64,000 nt of DNA from Octopus vulgaris (taxonomy: Eukaryota), in assembly GCA_951406725.2 (NCBI GenBank), contig OX597829.1, positions 45,384,001-45,448,000 on the forward strand, read 5' to 3'. Numbering within the stretch: position 1 is the first letter of the stretch; each line of letters starts with the position of its first letter. Positions 14,633 to 27,620 of this stretch are shown here, piece after piece. The notes under the pieces are model-generated. The model did no database searches and was not told the DNA's origin. It worked only from the letters and a program-made list of their open reading frames with translations. A program made the translations under genes and the position numbers.

Positions 14633-14814
14633 GGTAACAGGTAATAAAGTCACAGGAAAAAATGTTGCTATTAATTTATGGTGGCCGGTAATAAAGTCAC
14701 AGTTAATTTATGGGATCCGGACAAAACACCCTAGGACAAACCCTACCGGCCGGACAAAATCCCTGTGACTTTATTACCGTGGCTTTTTTCCCTGTAACTT
14801 TTATGCCTGGATTC
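14633..14814. mobile_element. Mutator (MULE)-like MITE
   Basis: 9-bp TSD GTCCTAAAC (14624-14632 and 14815-14823), G...C termini, imperfect TIRs with repeated GGTAATAAAGTCACAG / CTGTGACTTTATTACC motifs. Confidence 0.75.
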
Positions 14815-14936
14815 GTCCTAAACATATGGTATCTTATGCTATTGGCATCCCTAATTTGTTTAATTTCTAAATGATTCTGTTTTCCTACTAACACAAATGT
14901 ACAATCTTGTTGGTGGTGGTGGTGGTGGTGGTGGTC

Positions 14937-15043
14937 GTCTTCTTCTTCTTCTTCTTCTTCTTCTTCTTCTTCTTCTTCTTCTTCTTCTTCTTCTTCTTCT
15001 TCTTCCTCCTCCTCCTCCTCTTCTTCTTCTTCTTCTCCTCCTC

Positions 15044-15086
<43 letters not shown>

Positions 15087-15137
15087 TTCTTCTTCTTCTT
15101 CTTCTTCTTCTTCTTCTTCTTCTTCTTCTTCTTCTTC
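14937..15137. repeat. (CTT)n microsatellite
   Basis: ~200 nt of CTT/CCT triplets. Confidence 0.95.
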
Positions 15138-16182
15138 CAATCAGAGCTCACGCCATTAGCCACAAAGAATAATCTCTAATTCGAGTCTCCTCTAAGCTAC
15201 AAAGGATACGTGTGGCAACTTGAAGATCCACCCACCACACGCGATAGACAGGCGGTTGCACGGGTGCGAAAGCTACGTTGTTATCTTCATTCCGTAAAAC
15301 AGTAGCTTTTAACGGGTGGAGAGCTGAACCATCCTGGGGTACAGAGGATTCGCAATCTAGACTAGGGCCTGAAAGTTTACCACACCCTAGTGGGTTACAC
15401 CATGGTTCCTTTGCTTTGTGGCAGAAGTAGGAAGAAAGAGTGAGAGAAAGTTGTGGTGAAAGAGTACAGCGGAGTTCAACCCCCCTCCTTTGGTCGGATA
15501 TCGTGGAGCTTAGGTGTTTTTGCCCGGTCTGGGAGTCGAAACCGCGTTCTTACGACCGCGAGTCCGCTGCCCTGACCACTAGGCCATTGCGCCTTCTCCA
15601 CTGTGATTGTCGTTGTCGCAATGGTGTTAGGGATGGTTGTCATCGCGATGATCCTGATCCAACAGTTTGATGACGGAACGTTAGTTAGTCAGCTGGACAA
15701 CTAATTGCGATCTACGGATCCATAGATTCGGAAATGTCATTTCTTCGTTTGGTTGAGAACCGTACATGTTGTAAATCTTGACTTAACGGCGGTTAGATTA
15801 ATTGCATGCTGTGTCCAACGCGTGGAAGTCAGGCTCGTTAGACTAGCAACGCACGGGGGTTAGTGCCTCGTGGGCAAGAACACTCAGTGTCCTCAGTTTA
15901 ATTAACAGACACGACAAGAGGATATTTTGCGACCAGAGGAGAATGACTCCCTGTTTCGTTCTCGACCCCCTTTTATAACCTTGTTTGAGGATGTTGCAGT
16001 GTGTCCATTGTCAAATCAAAAATTTTCATTGCCTTAATATCAATAGATTCAAAATACAGATCAATAAACAATTTAATTTACTTGATGTTTTTGAACAGAA
16101 TCTTATTCAAACTGAAATTTGAATATACATACGTGCATCCATTCATTTACACACACAGTCACGCACGCACACACACACACAG

Positions 16183-16214
<32 letters not shown>

Positions 16215-16242
16215 GCACGTACATCCATCTTTACATAACACA

Positions 16243-16368
16243 GGCAATCCTTCGGTATTGGTACCTGACGTCATTCATCCATGCAATCTTAGGATTAGGT
16301 TGGAAAAAAGGGTGAATGACAGCATCTTCTCATACCGATACTCTGTAGACCAATATCGAAGGATCGCC
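16243..16368. mobile_element. Small MITE, copy 2 (opposite orientation)
   Basis: TIR GGCAATCCTTCGGTATTGGT...ACCAATATCGAAGGATCGCC; contains TGACGTCA at 16266-16273. Confidence 0.65.
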
Positions 16369-17070
16369 CATTATACATATATACTCTCTTTACTTTTTTT
16401 ACTTGTTTCAATCATTTGACTGCGGCCATACTGGAGCACTGCCTTTAGTCGAGCAAATCGACCCTAGGACTTATTTTTTGTAAGCCTAGTACTTATTCTA
16501 TCGGTCTCTTTTGCCGAACTGCTAAGTTACGGGGACGTAAACACACCAGCATCGGTTGTCAAGCGATGTTGGGGGACAAACACAGACACACATACATATA
16601 CATATATACGACGGGCTTCTTTCAGTTTCCGTCTACCAAATCCACTCACAAGGCTTTGGTCGGCCCGCGGCTATAGTAGAAGACACTTGCCCAAGGTTCC
16701 ACGCAGTAGGATTGAACCCAGAACCATGTGGTTGGTAAGCAAGCTACTTACCACACAGCCACTCTATATAAACAAACATACATATATACATACGTATTAC
16801 ACAGGGTCGGCTCAAGGTACCGGCAACTCAGGCAGTTGCCCGGGGCACCATGTGCTTTTTAGTCTACATTTTCAGTTTTTCTCCTTGTGAAAGGTTTTAA
16901 AAATTTTACTCGTAAGAGCGCCGAAGTTCAGCTTGTTCGGGGCGCCAGCAAACCTAGGGCCGGCCCCGTACATACATACATCATGGGCTTGACGAGAATG
17001 TTCACTGAAGAGGATATGGATCCAACATTATCTGCATAATTTGTGCAACCTTCACCCCGAAAATTCACAT

Positions 17071-17460
17071 AGGCGCAGGAGTGGCTGTGTGGTAAGTAGC
17101 TTGCTAACCAACCACATGGTTCCGGGTTCAGTCCCACTGCGTGGTATCTTGGGCAAGTGTCTTCTGCTATAGCCCCGGGCCGACCAATGCCTTGTGAGTG
17201 GATTTGGTAGACGGAAACTGAAAGAAGCCTGTCGTATATATATATATATATGTATATGTGTGTGTATGTGTTTGTCCCCCTAGCATTGCTTGACAACCGA
17301 TGCTGGTGTGTTTACGTCCCCGTAACTTAGCGGTTCGGCAAAAGAGACCGATAGAATAAGTACTGGGCTTACAAAGAATAAGTCCCGGGGTCGATTTGCT
17401 CGACTAAAAGGCGGTGCTCCAGTATGGCCGCAGTCAAATGACTGAAACAAGTAAAAGAGT
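17071..17460 (+). mobile_element. tRNA-derived SINE family A, representative full-length copy
   Basis: Pol III A/B-box-like head (TGGCTGTGTGG, GGTTCAGTCCC), CORE-like CTTGGGCAAGT, internal (TA/TG)n. Approximate + copies: 2541, 7456, 41368, 42432, 46620. Approximate - copies: 2251, 16385, 29830, 45510, 49370, 51395, 54940, 63895. Confidence 0.85.
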
Positions 17461-20400
17461 ATAATTAAAATAGATGTTAGATAAGAATTGTATTTGCATC
17501 GAACTAGGAAGCGAGTGGGCGTCCGAACCTGTCAATCACCTCTCTCTCCTTGTCAACTGGGATTATATAATGTATGTGGTGGGGCGATCGGCGAGGTGTT
17601 TGTTTTAATGTAAGCATTACCGAAGACTGACAGTTGTAAGAGACAACAGATAAATCTGAGAATTCTGTTTATCATTTAGAATTACGTGACAAATTAAGCA
17701 TTAAGCATTTACGTGACAAATACAAAAATAATAAACTGAATGATTTCAGGTAGTGTCGAATGATTTAGAAAAGTAAATTTCATAAATTGAAACAAATTCA
17801 ACAGCTTCAAACTCTAAAGTGTTCCTCACAAAAAAAAAAAAAAATTAATAAATATAGGAAATGAAAGAAAAAGGTATATAAACTTAAAACAAAATTTACA
17901 ATCGATGTTTTTCTTCAACACCGACGAAATCGCCCCAGAGCCAGTACCTATTTCTTTATTACCCACAAGGGGCTAAACATAGAGGGGACAAACAAGGACA
18001 GACATAGGTATTAAGTCGATTACATCGACCCTCAGTGCGTAATTGGTATTTAATTTATCGACTCCGAAAGGATGAAAGGCAAAGTCAACCTCGGCGGAAT
18101 TTGAACTCACAACGTAACGACAGACGAAATACGGCTACGCATTTTGCCCGGCGTGCTAACGTTTCTGCCAGATCGCCGCCTCCCCAGAGCCAGTACCGTG
18201 TTAAGGAACGGGCACTCTGGGGGTAGTTGTCCGGGGTGGGCTGGGAGTGGAGTATTACAGATCTAGGGGCCCAATACTGGTCTATGTTATGATGTGGCTT
18301 GCTGTCAGTAAGTAAATACTATAAGGGCCCAGTGCGTTGATTCGGCCGGGAACTTACAATGCTACTAAAACAGCCCAACCCTGTCCAGCACATCGTGCAT
18401 CCATCCTTCTATTGGCATCGTTTAATATTTTCATCAAATATGAGAGGTGGTGCCTGTTCTTGCCATTATTTAATTCTGGATCAGACCTAATTTAACAGAC
18501 CTGTGATTAAAGAACTTTCCAACCGTGACCATCCCATATTATAGTTTCTCTATATCCACATTTTCCGAAAATATCAGATTTTCTTTTAAAAAAAAAAAAA
18601 AAGAGCTCCCAAAATGGAATATAATTTGATAGAATTTGCTTATGTCTAGCAGATCAAGCGAAAGCGTAGAAGTTCCCTAAAAGTGTATGTAAAGTGGGAT
18701 ATTCTGGAAGGTGCAAAGTGAACTTGGTTCGAACCCGAACGCAACAGCTGTTACACTTATTGATGCTATGCATCCAATCACAGTCTTCGGATTATGATAT
18801 TCCTGATATTGTGTGTTGGTATATCTCAGGCATCATGATTAGAGTATAAGTAAGATAACAGAGTATCGCCGATAGGAGGAGAGGTTTGGAAGGTAAAGGA
18901 GGGGGGAATGAAATAGAATAAATAAAAATAAAAATAAAACAAGATAAATTGAATTATGAGGAGGTTTAATTTTCGTAATAGATTTAAGGATATAAGAATT
19001 TTAAAAGTTCGTGGTTGTAAGAGATTAAGTATATGTAAAAGGTTTATCACGAAAAATAAACCTCCTCATCTTGTTTTATTTTATTTCAATTTATCATTGT
19101 TCCACCCTCCTTCTTTACCTTTCTAATTTCTTCTACTAATGGCGTTATCCCGTTATCTTACTCTACAGAAATTGCGCGCCTGTGTTTGCTAATGCTGGTT
19201 TGAATTGCGTAGGAGGGTTTTGTAGTGTTCTTGGGATGTCCGTTTTCAGCCAGTCGAGCTATAATGTATCGCATACAGGAAGGCGGCGAGCTGGCAGAGA
19301 CGTTAGCACGCCGGGCGAAATGCTTAGCGGTATTTCGTCTGCCGTTACGTTCTGAGTTCAAATTCCGCCGAGGTCGACTTTGCCTTTCATCTTTTCCGGG
19401 TTGATTAAATAAGTACCAGTTACTGGGGTCGATATAATCGACTTAATCCGTTTGTTTGTCTTCTCTGTGTTTAACCTCCTTGTAGGTAGTAAAGAAATAG
19501 GTATTTCGTCTATCTTTACTTTCTGAGTTCAAATTCCGCCGAGGTCGACTTTGCCTTTCATCCTTTCGGGGTCGATAAATTAAGTACCAGTTACGCACTG
19601 GTGTCAATGTAACCGACTTAATCTCCTTGTCTGTTCTTGTTTGTCCCCTCTATGTTTAGCCCCTTGTTGGCAATAAAGAAATATGTATTTCGTCTGTCTT
19701 TACGTTCTGAGTTCAAATTCCGCCGAAGTCGACTTTGCCTTTCATCCTTTCGGGGTCGATAAATTAAGTACCAGTTGCGTACTGAGGTCGATATATCAAC
19801 TGCCCCCATCCCTTCCCCAAAATTCCGGGCCTTGTACCTGGAGTAGAAAATAATATATCACATACAAGCTTCATTATTAGTATCGTAGTTGTGTTTAAAA
19901 GTGTTTTGCTGTTTTGCTAAAAAGGGGCGACTGTTCATAGAATGGCAACGACTGTGAGAATTGGAGCTTGATGTAATTATTACGAATTATGACTCTTACA
20001 TAACAATATTGTAATTTATTTATTTTTGATATTTATTTCTTCGTTGCTTTTTTCTTTCTTTCTTTTTCTTTCACTCTGTAATTCTTTTGTGGATTAATCT
20101 ATGCACAACCTTGTTCTGGCGATGTTTCATGTATTTTAAGATTTGTTATGATTTCTTCTGGCAAATTGAGGATCAAATAGGGACTGGCTTAATTAACAAG
20201 AGAGCAATTGATATTTCTTATTATTTAAATTATTTTACACGTTTTAGTCATTTTGACTGCAGCCATGCTGGAGCACCGCCTTATAGGGTTTTAGTCGAAG
20301 AAATAGACCCCGTGACTTAATCTTTGTAAGCCCTGTACTTGTTCTATCGGTTTCTTTTGCCGAACCACTAAGTTACGGAGAGCACAGTTAGCAGAGAGCA

Positions 20401-22727
20401 CAGTAAGATGGTGGGCTAGCATCGACCGATAGTAGAGGGCCAGCATTAGAACTCAATCGAGGAAGTGAATTAACAGAGGAGGCAGGCAAGCAGCGGTGGG
20501 ACTAGAACGAAAGTCGAGTGGTACCAGGGGCGGGTTAAAAATTATAGGAATGGTGGGGTTGGCAGGGTTAATTCCGTTCGGAACCCGTAGTGGAGAGAAG
20601 TTAGCTTCTCTCGAGTGTACCGAAGTTGGTCGAGAAAGGGAAGTCAAAGGTTGATCTATTGTCACATAATCGCTCCACCAAGCAAGTCTCTTGGTCGTTC
20701 GATGCATACCACCGCCACCAAGTATGGATAGGTTAAAGTGGTAGCAATCCCATCAATCGGCAATTTCCGATGATTGGGTGAGAAAGAGCAACGAATACAC
20801 AAAAATAAGGTGGTGGGGAAGGAGAAGAAAAGAAAAAAAAAGTGGAATCTTTTCGGTTTGTTCAAACCGAAAAAATCCGAAAAGTGGCAAATGTTCTGGA
20901 ATCAGCGCTTATTGTTAATAAAGGAAACGTTCGAGTTGGCAGAATCGTTAGAGTACCGAACAAAGTGCTTAGTGACATTTTATGTTCTGAGTTCAAATTC
21001 CACCAAGGTTGACTTTGCCTTTCATCCTTTTGGGGGTCGATGAAATAAATAAATAAATACCAGTTGAACACCGGGCTCAATGAAATCGACTATCCCTCTC
21101 CTTGTGTCTAAAGCAGAAAGGTTCATCATCGTCATCGTCGTCGTCATCATCGTCGTCGTCGTCGTTGTCGTCGTCATCATCATCATCATCATCATCATCA
21201 TCACCATCAACAACAGCAGCAACAACAACAACAACAACAACATTATTATTATTACTATTGTTTAATAAGTTAGCGAGTGGGCGGAATCTTTCCTGTGCCG
21301 TTGCAAAATGCTTAGCCGCATTTCGTCCGTCTTAGCGTTCTGAGTTCGAATTCTGCTGATGTCGACTTTGCCTTTCATATTTTCGGGGTCGATAAAATAA
21401 GCACCAGCTGGGGACAGGAGTCGATATATTTAACTTACCTTTCAATATCTAATAGTTTTTCAGCAACATTACTTTTCTTTTTTTTTCTACTTCATTCGTT
21501 TAATTCCTACTATTAATTTCATTTTCGGTTTTAATTTTCGATAGTTTCTAACTATTATTTTTGTTCGGGTCATATTTAACTTAGCTGGTTACTTAAATTT
21601 AGTTTGCTTTTAATATTTTAACTACAAATAAACCTCTGAAAGGTAAAGTCGACCACGGCGGAATTTGAACTCAGAACGTAATGACAGACGAAATACCGCT
21701 AAGCATTTCGCCCGGCGTGCTAACGTCTCTGCCAGCTCGATACATTATAGCTCGACTGGCTGAAAACGGACATCCCAAGAACACTAATAAACCCTCCTAC
21801 GCAATCCAAACCAACATTAGCAAACACAGGCACGCAATCTACCAACATATGGCCTTACGACAGATCATTCGATAGCAACACTTGGCTAGCGAGTGTATAG
21901 GAATTACAATGTTAAGGAGTAACGAAGATAATATGGCAGAAATTATAGATAATCCTGGTTAATTACTTGGGTCCATTAACATCTTGGGACTTTGAAAATG
22001 GGATTGACAAATGGTATTTAAAGGGGAAGTATATAAATAATAATCACTGGAAAAAGAAAAAAAACATCATTTTCTAAGAATTACTATAAGGCATTGTATT
22101 CTTAACAGTCTTTTTACGATGGACGTAAGGTAAAATTCTTTCAAAAAGAATTTTTAAGGGAGGAGGGAGTTTGTTTCGAAGGGAGGTAACTCAGCTTCTT
22201 CTGTAAAACGTTTTCAAAATTTCAATATCAGACGGCGAGCTGGCAGAAACGTTAGCACGCCGGGCGAAATGCTCAGCGGTATTTCGTCTGCCGCTACGTT
22301 CTGAGTTCAAATTCCGCCGAGATCGACTTTGCCTTTCATCCTTTCGAGGTCGATAAATTAAGTACCAGTTACGCACTGGAGTTGATGTAATCAATTTAAT
22401 ACGTTTGTCTGTCCTTGTTTGTCCTCTCTGTGTTTAGCCCCTTGCGGGTAGTAAAGAAATACGTATTTCGTCTGCCGTTACGTTCTGAGTTCAAATTCCG
22501 CCAAGGTCGACTTTGTCTTTCATCCTTTTGGGGGTCGATTAAATAAGTACCAGTTACGCACTGAGGTCGATGTAATCGACTTAAACTCCTTGTCTGTCCT
22601 TGTTTTTCTCCACTATGTTTAGCCCTCTGTGGGCAATAAAGAAATAAAAGAAATAACTATTAGACAAAAAAAAATAAGGTATAAATAAAGCGAGATTTTT
22701 GTTTTATATTCATATACATTAAATAAT

Positions 22728-23035
22728 GTAGAGGCACATGGCCCAGTGGTTAGAGCAGTGTACTCGTGGTTGAGGGATCACAGGTTCAAATCTCAGATTG
22801 GGTGTTGTGTGTGATTATGAACGAAACACCTAAGCTCCGCGCAGCTCTGGCAGAAGGTAATGGTGAACTTCTGCTGACTCTTTCGCCACAACTTTCTCTC
22901 ACTCTTTCCTCCTGCATCTTGCAGCTCATCTGCGACGGACCGGCGTCCTTTCCAGGTGGGGAACCTATACGCCAAGGAAACCGGGAAACCGGCCCTTATG
23001 AGCCAGGTGTGGCTCGAGAAGGAACAAGCAACAAC
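22728..23035 (+). mobile_element. tRNA-derived SINE family D
   Basis: TGGCCCAGTGGTTAGAGCA and GGTTCAAATCTC boxes. Related - strand copies at ~6125-6316, ~6665-6975 and ~15430-15600. Confidence 0.7.
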
Positions 23036-24528
23036 ATTAAATAATAAGACAAGCAATTTTGGAGGTAGGGGCTAGGTAATTACAGTGACCTCAGTGGTAC
23101 TTATTTTATCGACCCCACCCCAAGGATGAAAGGCAGAGTCAGCATCAGTGGAATTTGAATTCAGATCTTGAAGACGGATAAAATACCTCTGTGCATTTTG
23201 CTCAATGTGCTAACGATTCTGCCAGCTCATCGTCATTAAGCTATTAAATATTAAAACACTAGCATATCTGTGTCGTCAAAAATGCCGACAATTTAATTAA
23301 TGATAGAAAATGGCTCATCAACACAATGGGGGAAACCATTGCTAAATGTCAGTAATCTAGTAAATATATGTACATAGACAGAATTGATGCACTTGAAGAA
23401 TCAGATACGGTTGTAATGTATTGGTTGAAGATATATGTGTATATACATATATGCTGTATCCTACACCAGCTTCAGACAATCAGCCCCAGGCCATTCAAAG
23501 TACCTTGGATCACAAGACAGCCTGCAGTGCTTACCTTGGATTGTGGGGCAACCTGCTGTGCTTTAGGAGACTTATTGAGTCAAGTGCATCAACATCAAAA
23601 TAATAATCAAATGGAATTGAAGTTGTGATACCCGTGCTGGTGGCATGTAAAAAGCACCATCTGAACGTGGTTGATGTCAGCACTGCTTTGCCTGGCTTCT
23701 GTCCCGGTGGCACATAAGGAGCACCAACCGATCGTGGCCATTGCCAGCCTCCTCTGGCCCCATCATAGTTGGGGAGTTACTATATATATATATATTATAT
23801 ATCATTCACATAACATTTGTATGTAGGCAATGTGAACAATATTTTGCAAACAAAAGTGTTTAATGTTTAATCTCATATGTATATATCTATATATCTGTGT
23901 GAGTGTGTATGAAACTGATAAACTAAATACAATTTATGATAAAAAAATCTACTGCTTTATTTTGATTATAATATCAGCATCTTTTGAGCAAAACTTTTGA
24001 AAGATTTCCACCTGCTTTACTGCCCCTGACCGTCATTCACTCCCACTTTGTTGTTTTTCTCTTCTTTCCCTCTAGTGTGACTGACAGGACACATTGCGTT
24101 TTATTGTATGTAAGATTATTGAAGGTGGCCACAAATGAGCAGATTGTTGACCCTGAATACCTTATTGAGATGATTCTCATTCATTTTGTATTCTGTGGCT
24201 CTACATGCCTATTTTAGAGGTTTCAGCTTTATAATATTATGCCACATAAGCCTATGAAAATAGTAGTATAGGAACTTTCAAAAGGTTTACAAGATAGCAA
24301 TTACCCACTTAAAGAAAACGAACCCCCACCACCACCGCCAGACACATACTACCGGAATAGTTCCATTAACAACGTCCTCTTAACTCTTTCGTTACTGTAT
24401 TTAATTTGAGATGCTCTGTGTTTCTTTCAATTACTTTAAATATAACAAAGAATTTAGTAAAATAATTTGAAATCTAAGATTGTAAGGTTTTACCGTTTTA
24501 AAAATTGTTTCTCTAATATATATTTTAA

Positions 24529-24733
24529 CCCTTTCATTACAGTATTTCTGTTGAGATGCTCTGTGTTTCTTTCAATTACTTTAAATATAACAAAGAATTT
24601 AGTAAAATAACTTTGTTAGCATTCAGCTAGTGTCAAGAAGATAAATTGTGACTAAGGTTTGGTGGAAGATTTTAATTCAAAGTTTATGAAAACAAGACAG
24701 TTGTACTCAGAGCCAGAATTGGTAATGAAAGGG
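24529..24733. mobile_element. piggyBac-type MITE
   Basis: TTAA on both flanks, TIRs CCCTTTCATTAC / GTAATGAAAGGG. Partial duplicate at ~24383-24465. Confidence 0.8.
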
Positions 24734-25318
24734 TTAAGCAATTCCAACAACCCTGGACTGAAGGGAGCCCACTTTGGTAACCAGTGATGTTCTGATCAGA
24801 AGGTCTTAAGTTAAATTAGCTTCAGTTTAGCATCCCCCACCTCTGTCCAATAATCAACAGGTAACACGAAATAACTAAAAGCCAAATGCATTTTCAATTT
24901 CTGTGAAAGTTTTTGATGTGATTTTTCTTAAAAAGGAGACTTCAAGCTTTATATTGTTTAAGGTCTCACCAAATTTAAATCCAACAGACATGCTCATCAT
25001 TAAGCGAAAATAAGCACATTCTTAGGGTATCAAGGGAAGGAGGGGACACCACAGAAATGGTAAATAGTTTACAGCACAAAAGAAATCACTTTAAACTTGC
25101 TGAAATAATCTTCAAAGTCATTTATATGATCAGAAATATAATTTCAAAGTGTTCGTGGTGTCATAGTGAAGATCTGATCAAAGACTTTGCAATTAAAAAA
25201 AAAAAAAGGACAAAATTTTTCAGATATGTATTAAGTGGAAGTATACAAAAATACTGTTTTGTTTCATTTTGAAAACTAAAAATTTATTTTACGGTTTATT
25301 GTTGTTTATATTTTGAAT

Positions 25319-25368
<50 letters not shown>

Positions 25369-25845
25369 TGTGAACAAGAGAGACAGAGCAAGGCAGAAAC
25401 AAGGAAAATGCCACTTATATTTGAACACTATACAAATATTCCTTTAAAATAACATTTCTTTTAATTTTTCTAAATTGAATTATTTAATCGTTACAGTTGA
25501 AAAGGTCTCAAAATGACTGAAAACGGTACAGACAAGTTCATTATAAAATTATTTTAGCATTTTCTATTTTGACCTATTTTTTCATATATATATATATATA
25601 TATATAGGCAGGGGGAGCACCAAAATCTTTCAAGTGCTTAGGGCCTCTATGGGTCTTAATCGTGCCCTTTTTCACACACATTCTCGCATTCTCTCTCTCT
25701 CTCCTCCTCTCCCCACTCTCTCTATTTCATATATGCACCTTACATCAATATATGTCTCTATGTACCTTAAATATAAATATATTGAAATAATTGTGCTTTT
25801 TTTCTTTCTCTCCTTTTTCTTTGTGTTATCCAGAAATTGGAAACA

Positions 25846-26143
25846 ATGCATCTAAAATTGATAACATCTCTCTTGGTGATCAGCCTGTGGGCATGTGCCC
25901 CGGCACATTCCACATACAATGCGGTATTGGACAGAATTATGCGTCTTGCAGAATTCAGAGACATGGAGGAGAACCCGGCTTCATATATTGAAGACGACCG
26001 TTCTGCCAGCAGGAAGAACTGGTTAAATTCTCCGTCAGACTCAAATTTAGATTTAAGTTACCGTGATTTCCTTGGTGCAACCAACCAGCGTGATGAAGAA
26101 TACCTTCCTGAAAATACCCTTTGGGGTTATCAGTTCATTTCAG
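25846..26143 (+). CDS. SCG5: Neuroendocrine protein 7B2, coding exon 1 (exon 2 of the gene): signal peptide and N-terminal region
   Basis: Polypyrimidine tract and CAG acceptor ending at 25833, ATG at 25846. Encodes MHLKLITSLLVISLWACAPAHS (signal-peptide-like)...RDEEYLPENTLWGYQFIS, matching the 7B2 RDxEY...LWGxQxxSGG motif. Donor CAG|GTAAGA at 26143/26144, phase 1. Confidence 0.93.
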
Positions 26144-26171
26144 GTAAGAATATATCTTTTATGCTTTTATA

Positions 26172-26400
26172 GGGCGGCGAGCTGGCAGAAACATTAGCAC
26201 GCTGGGTGAAATGCGTAGCCGTATTTCATCTGCCGTTACGTTCTGAGTTCAAATTCCACCGAGGTCGACTTTGCCTTTCATCCTTTCAGGGTCGATAAAT
26301 TAAGTACCAGTTACGCACTGGGGTCGATATAATCGACATAATCCATTTGTCTGTCCTTGTTTGTCCCCTCTGTGTTTAGCCCCTTGTGGGTAGTAAAGAA
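26172..26400 (+). mobile_element. tRNA-derived SINE family B (Meta/MESC-domain-like), inserted ~30 nt after the exon-2 donor
   Basis: Head GGCGGCGAGCTGGCAGAA, B box GAGTTCAAATTCC, central GCCTTTCATCCTTTC.GGGTCGATAAATTAAGTACCAG. TSD ~ATATATCTTTTATGCTTT. Other copies near 17949, 19282, 22212, 32570, 39879, 43461, 53010, 56997 and 61685. Confidence 0.85.
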
Positions 26401-26588
26401 ATATATATCTTTTATGCTTTATCTTTTACTTGTTACAACCATTGGACTGCAGCCATGCTGGGGCACCACCTTGAGGAGTTTTGGTGAAAGAATCGACCCC
26501 AGTACTTATTCTGTCAGTCTCGCCTTTGCTGGATCACTAAATTGTGGGAGTGTTCATATATATATATATACATACAAATATATATCAT

Positions 26589-27620
26589 CACACACACACA
26601 TGCATGCACACACACATATGCATGCACACACACATGCATGCACACACATATGCATGCACACACACATGCATGCACACACACATGCATGCACACACACATG
26701 CATGCACACACACATGCATGCACACACACATGCATGTACACACATGCATGCACACACACACATATGCATGCACACACACATGCATGCACACACATACACA
26801 CATGCATGCACACACACATGCATGCACACACATACACACATGCCTGCACACACACATGCATGTACACACACATGCATGTACACACATGCATGCACACATA
26901 CACACACATATGCATGCACACACACATGCATGCACACACACATGCATGTACACACATGCATGCACACACATACACACATGCCTGCACACACACATGCATG
27001 TACACACATATGCATGCACACACACATGCATGTACACACATATGCATGCACACACATGCATGCACACACATGCATGTACACACACATGCATGTACACACA
27101 TGCATGCACACACACACACATATGCATGCACACACACATGCATGCACACACATACACACATGCATGCACACACACATGCATGCACACACATACACACATG
27201 CCTGCACACACACATGCATGTACACACACATGCATGTACACACATGCATGCACACACACACACATATGCATGCACACACACATGCATGCACACACACATG
27301 CATGTACACACATGCATGCACACACATACACACATGCCTGCACACACACATGCATGTACACACACATGCATGTACACACATGCATGCACACACACACACA
27401 TATGCATGCACACACACATGCATGCACACACACATGCATACACACACACATGCATGCACACACACATGCATGCACACACACATGCATACACACACACATG
27501 CATGCACACACACATATGCATGCACACACATGCATGTACACGCACATGCATGCACACACACATGCATGCACACACGCATGCAAGCACACACACACATGCA
27601 TGCACACACACACACACACA
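26589..27620. repeat. ~1-kb (CA)nTGCATG compound repeat
   Basis: Nearly uninterrupted purine-pyrimidine alternation, expanded inside a decayed family A SINE. Confidence 0.95.

Noticed and set aside
16802-16968. hAT-like MITE (CAGGGTCGGC...GCCGGCCCCG)
   Set aside because: TIR-like ends are present but no matching 8-bp TSD could be confirmed, so it was not called.
18035-18226. Recurrent small ORFs MRNWYLIYRxRKDERQS... and ...DRLLSVSVYQIHSQG...
   Set aside because: Antisense readings of SINE families B and A, not a gene family.
22735-22805. tRNA-like sequences
   Set aside because: SINE heads with A/B boxes that continue into repeat bodies; no complete cloverleaf seen.
25837-25845. ORF-track start at TTG 25837 and extension to 26172
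   Set aside because: Artefact of alternative start codons. The eukaryotic start is ATG 25846 and the exon ends at the donor at 26143.
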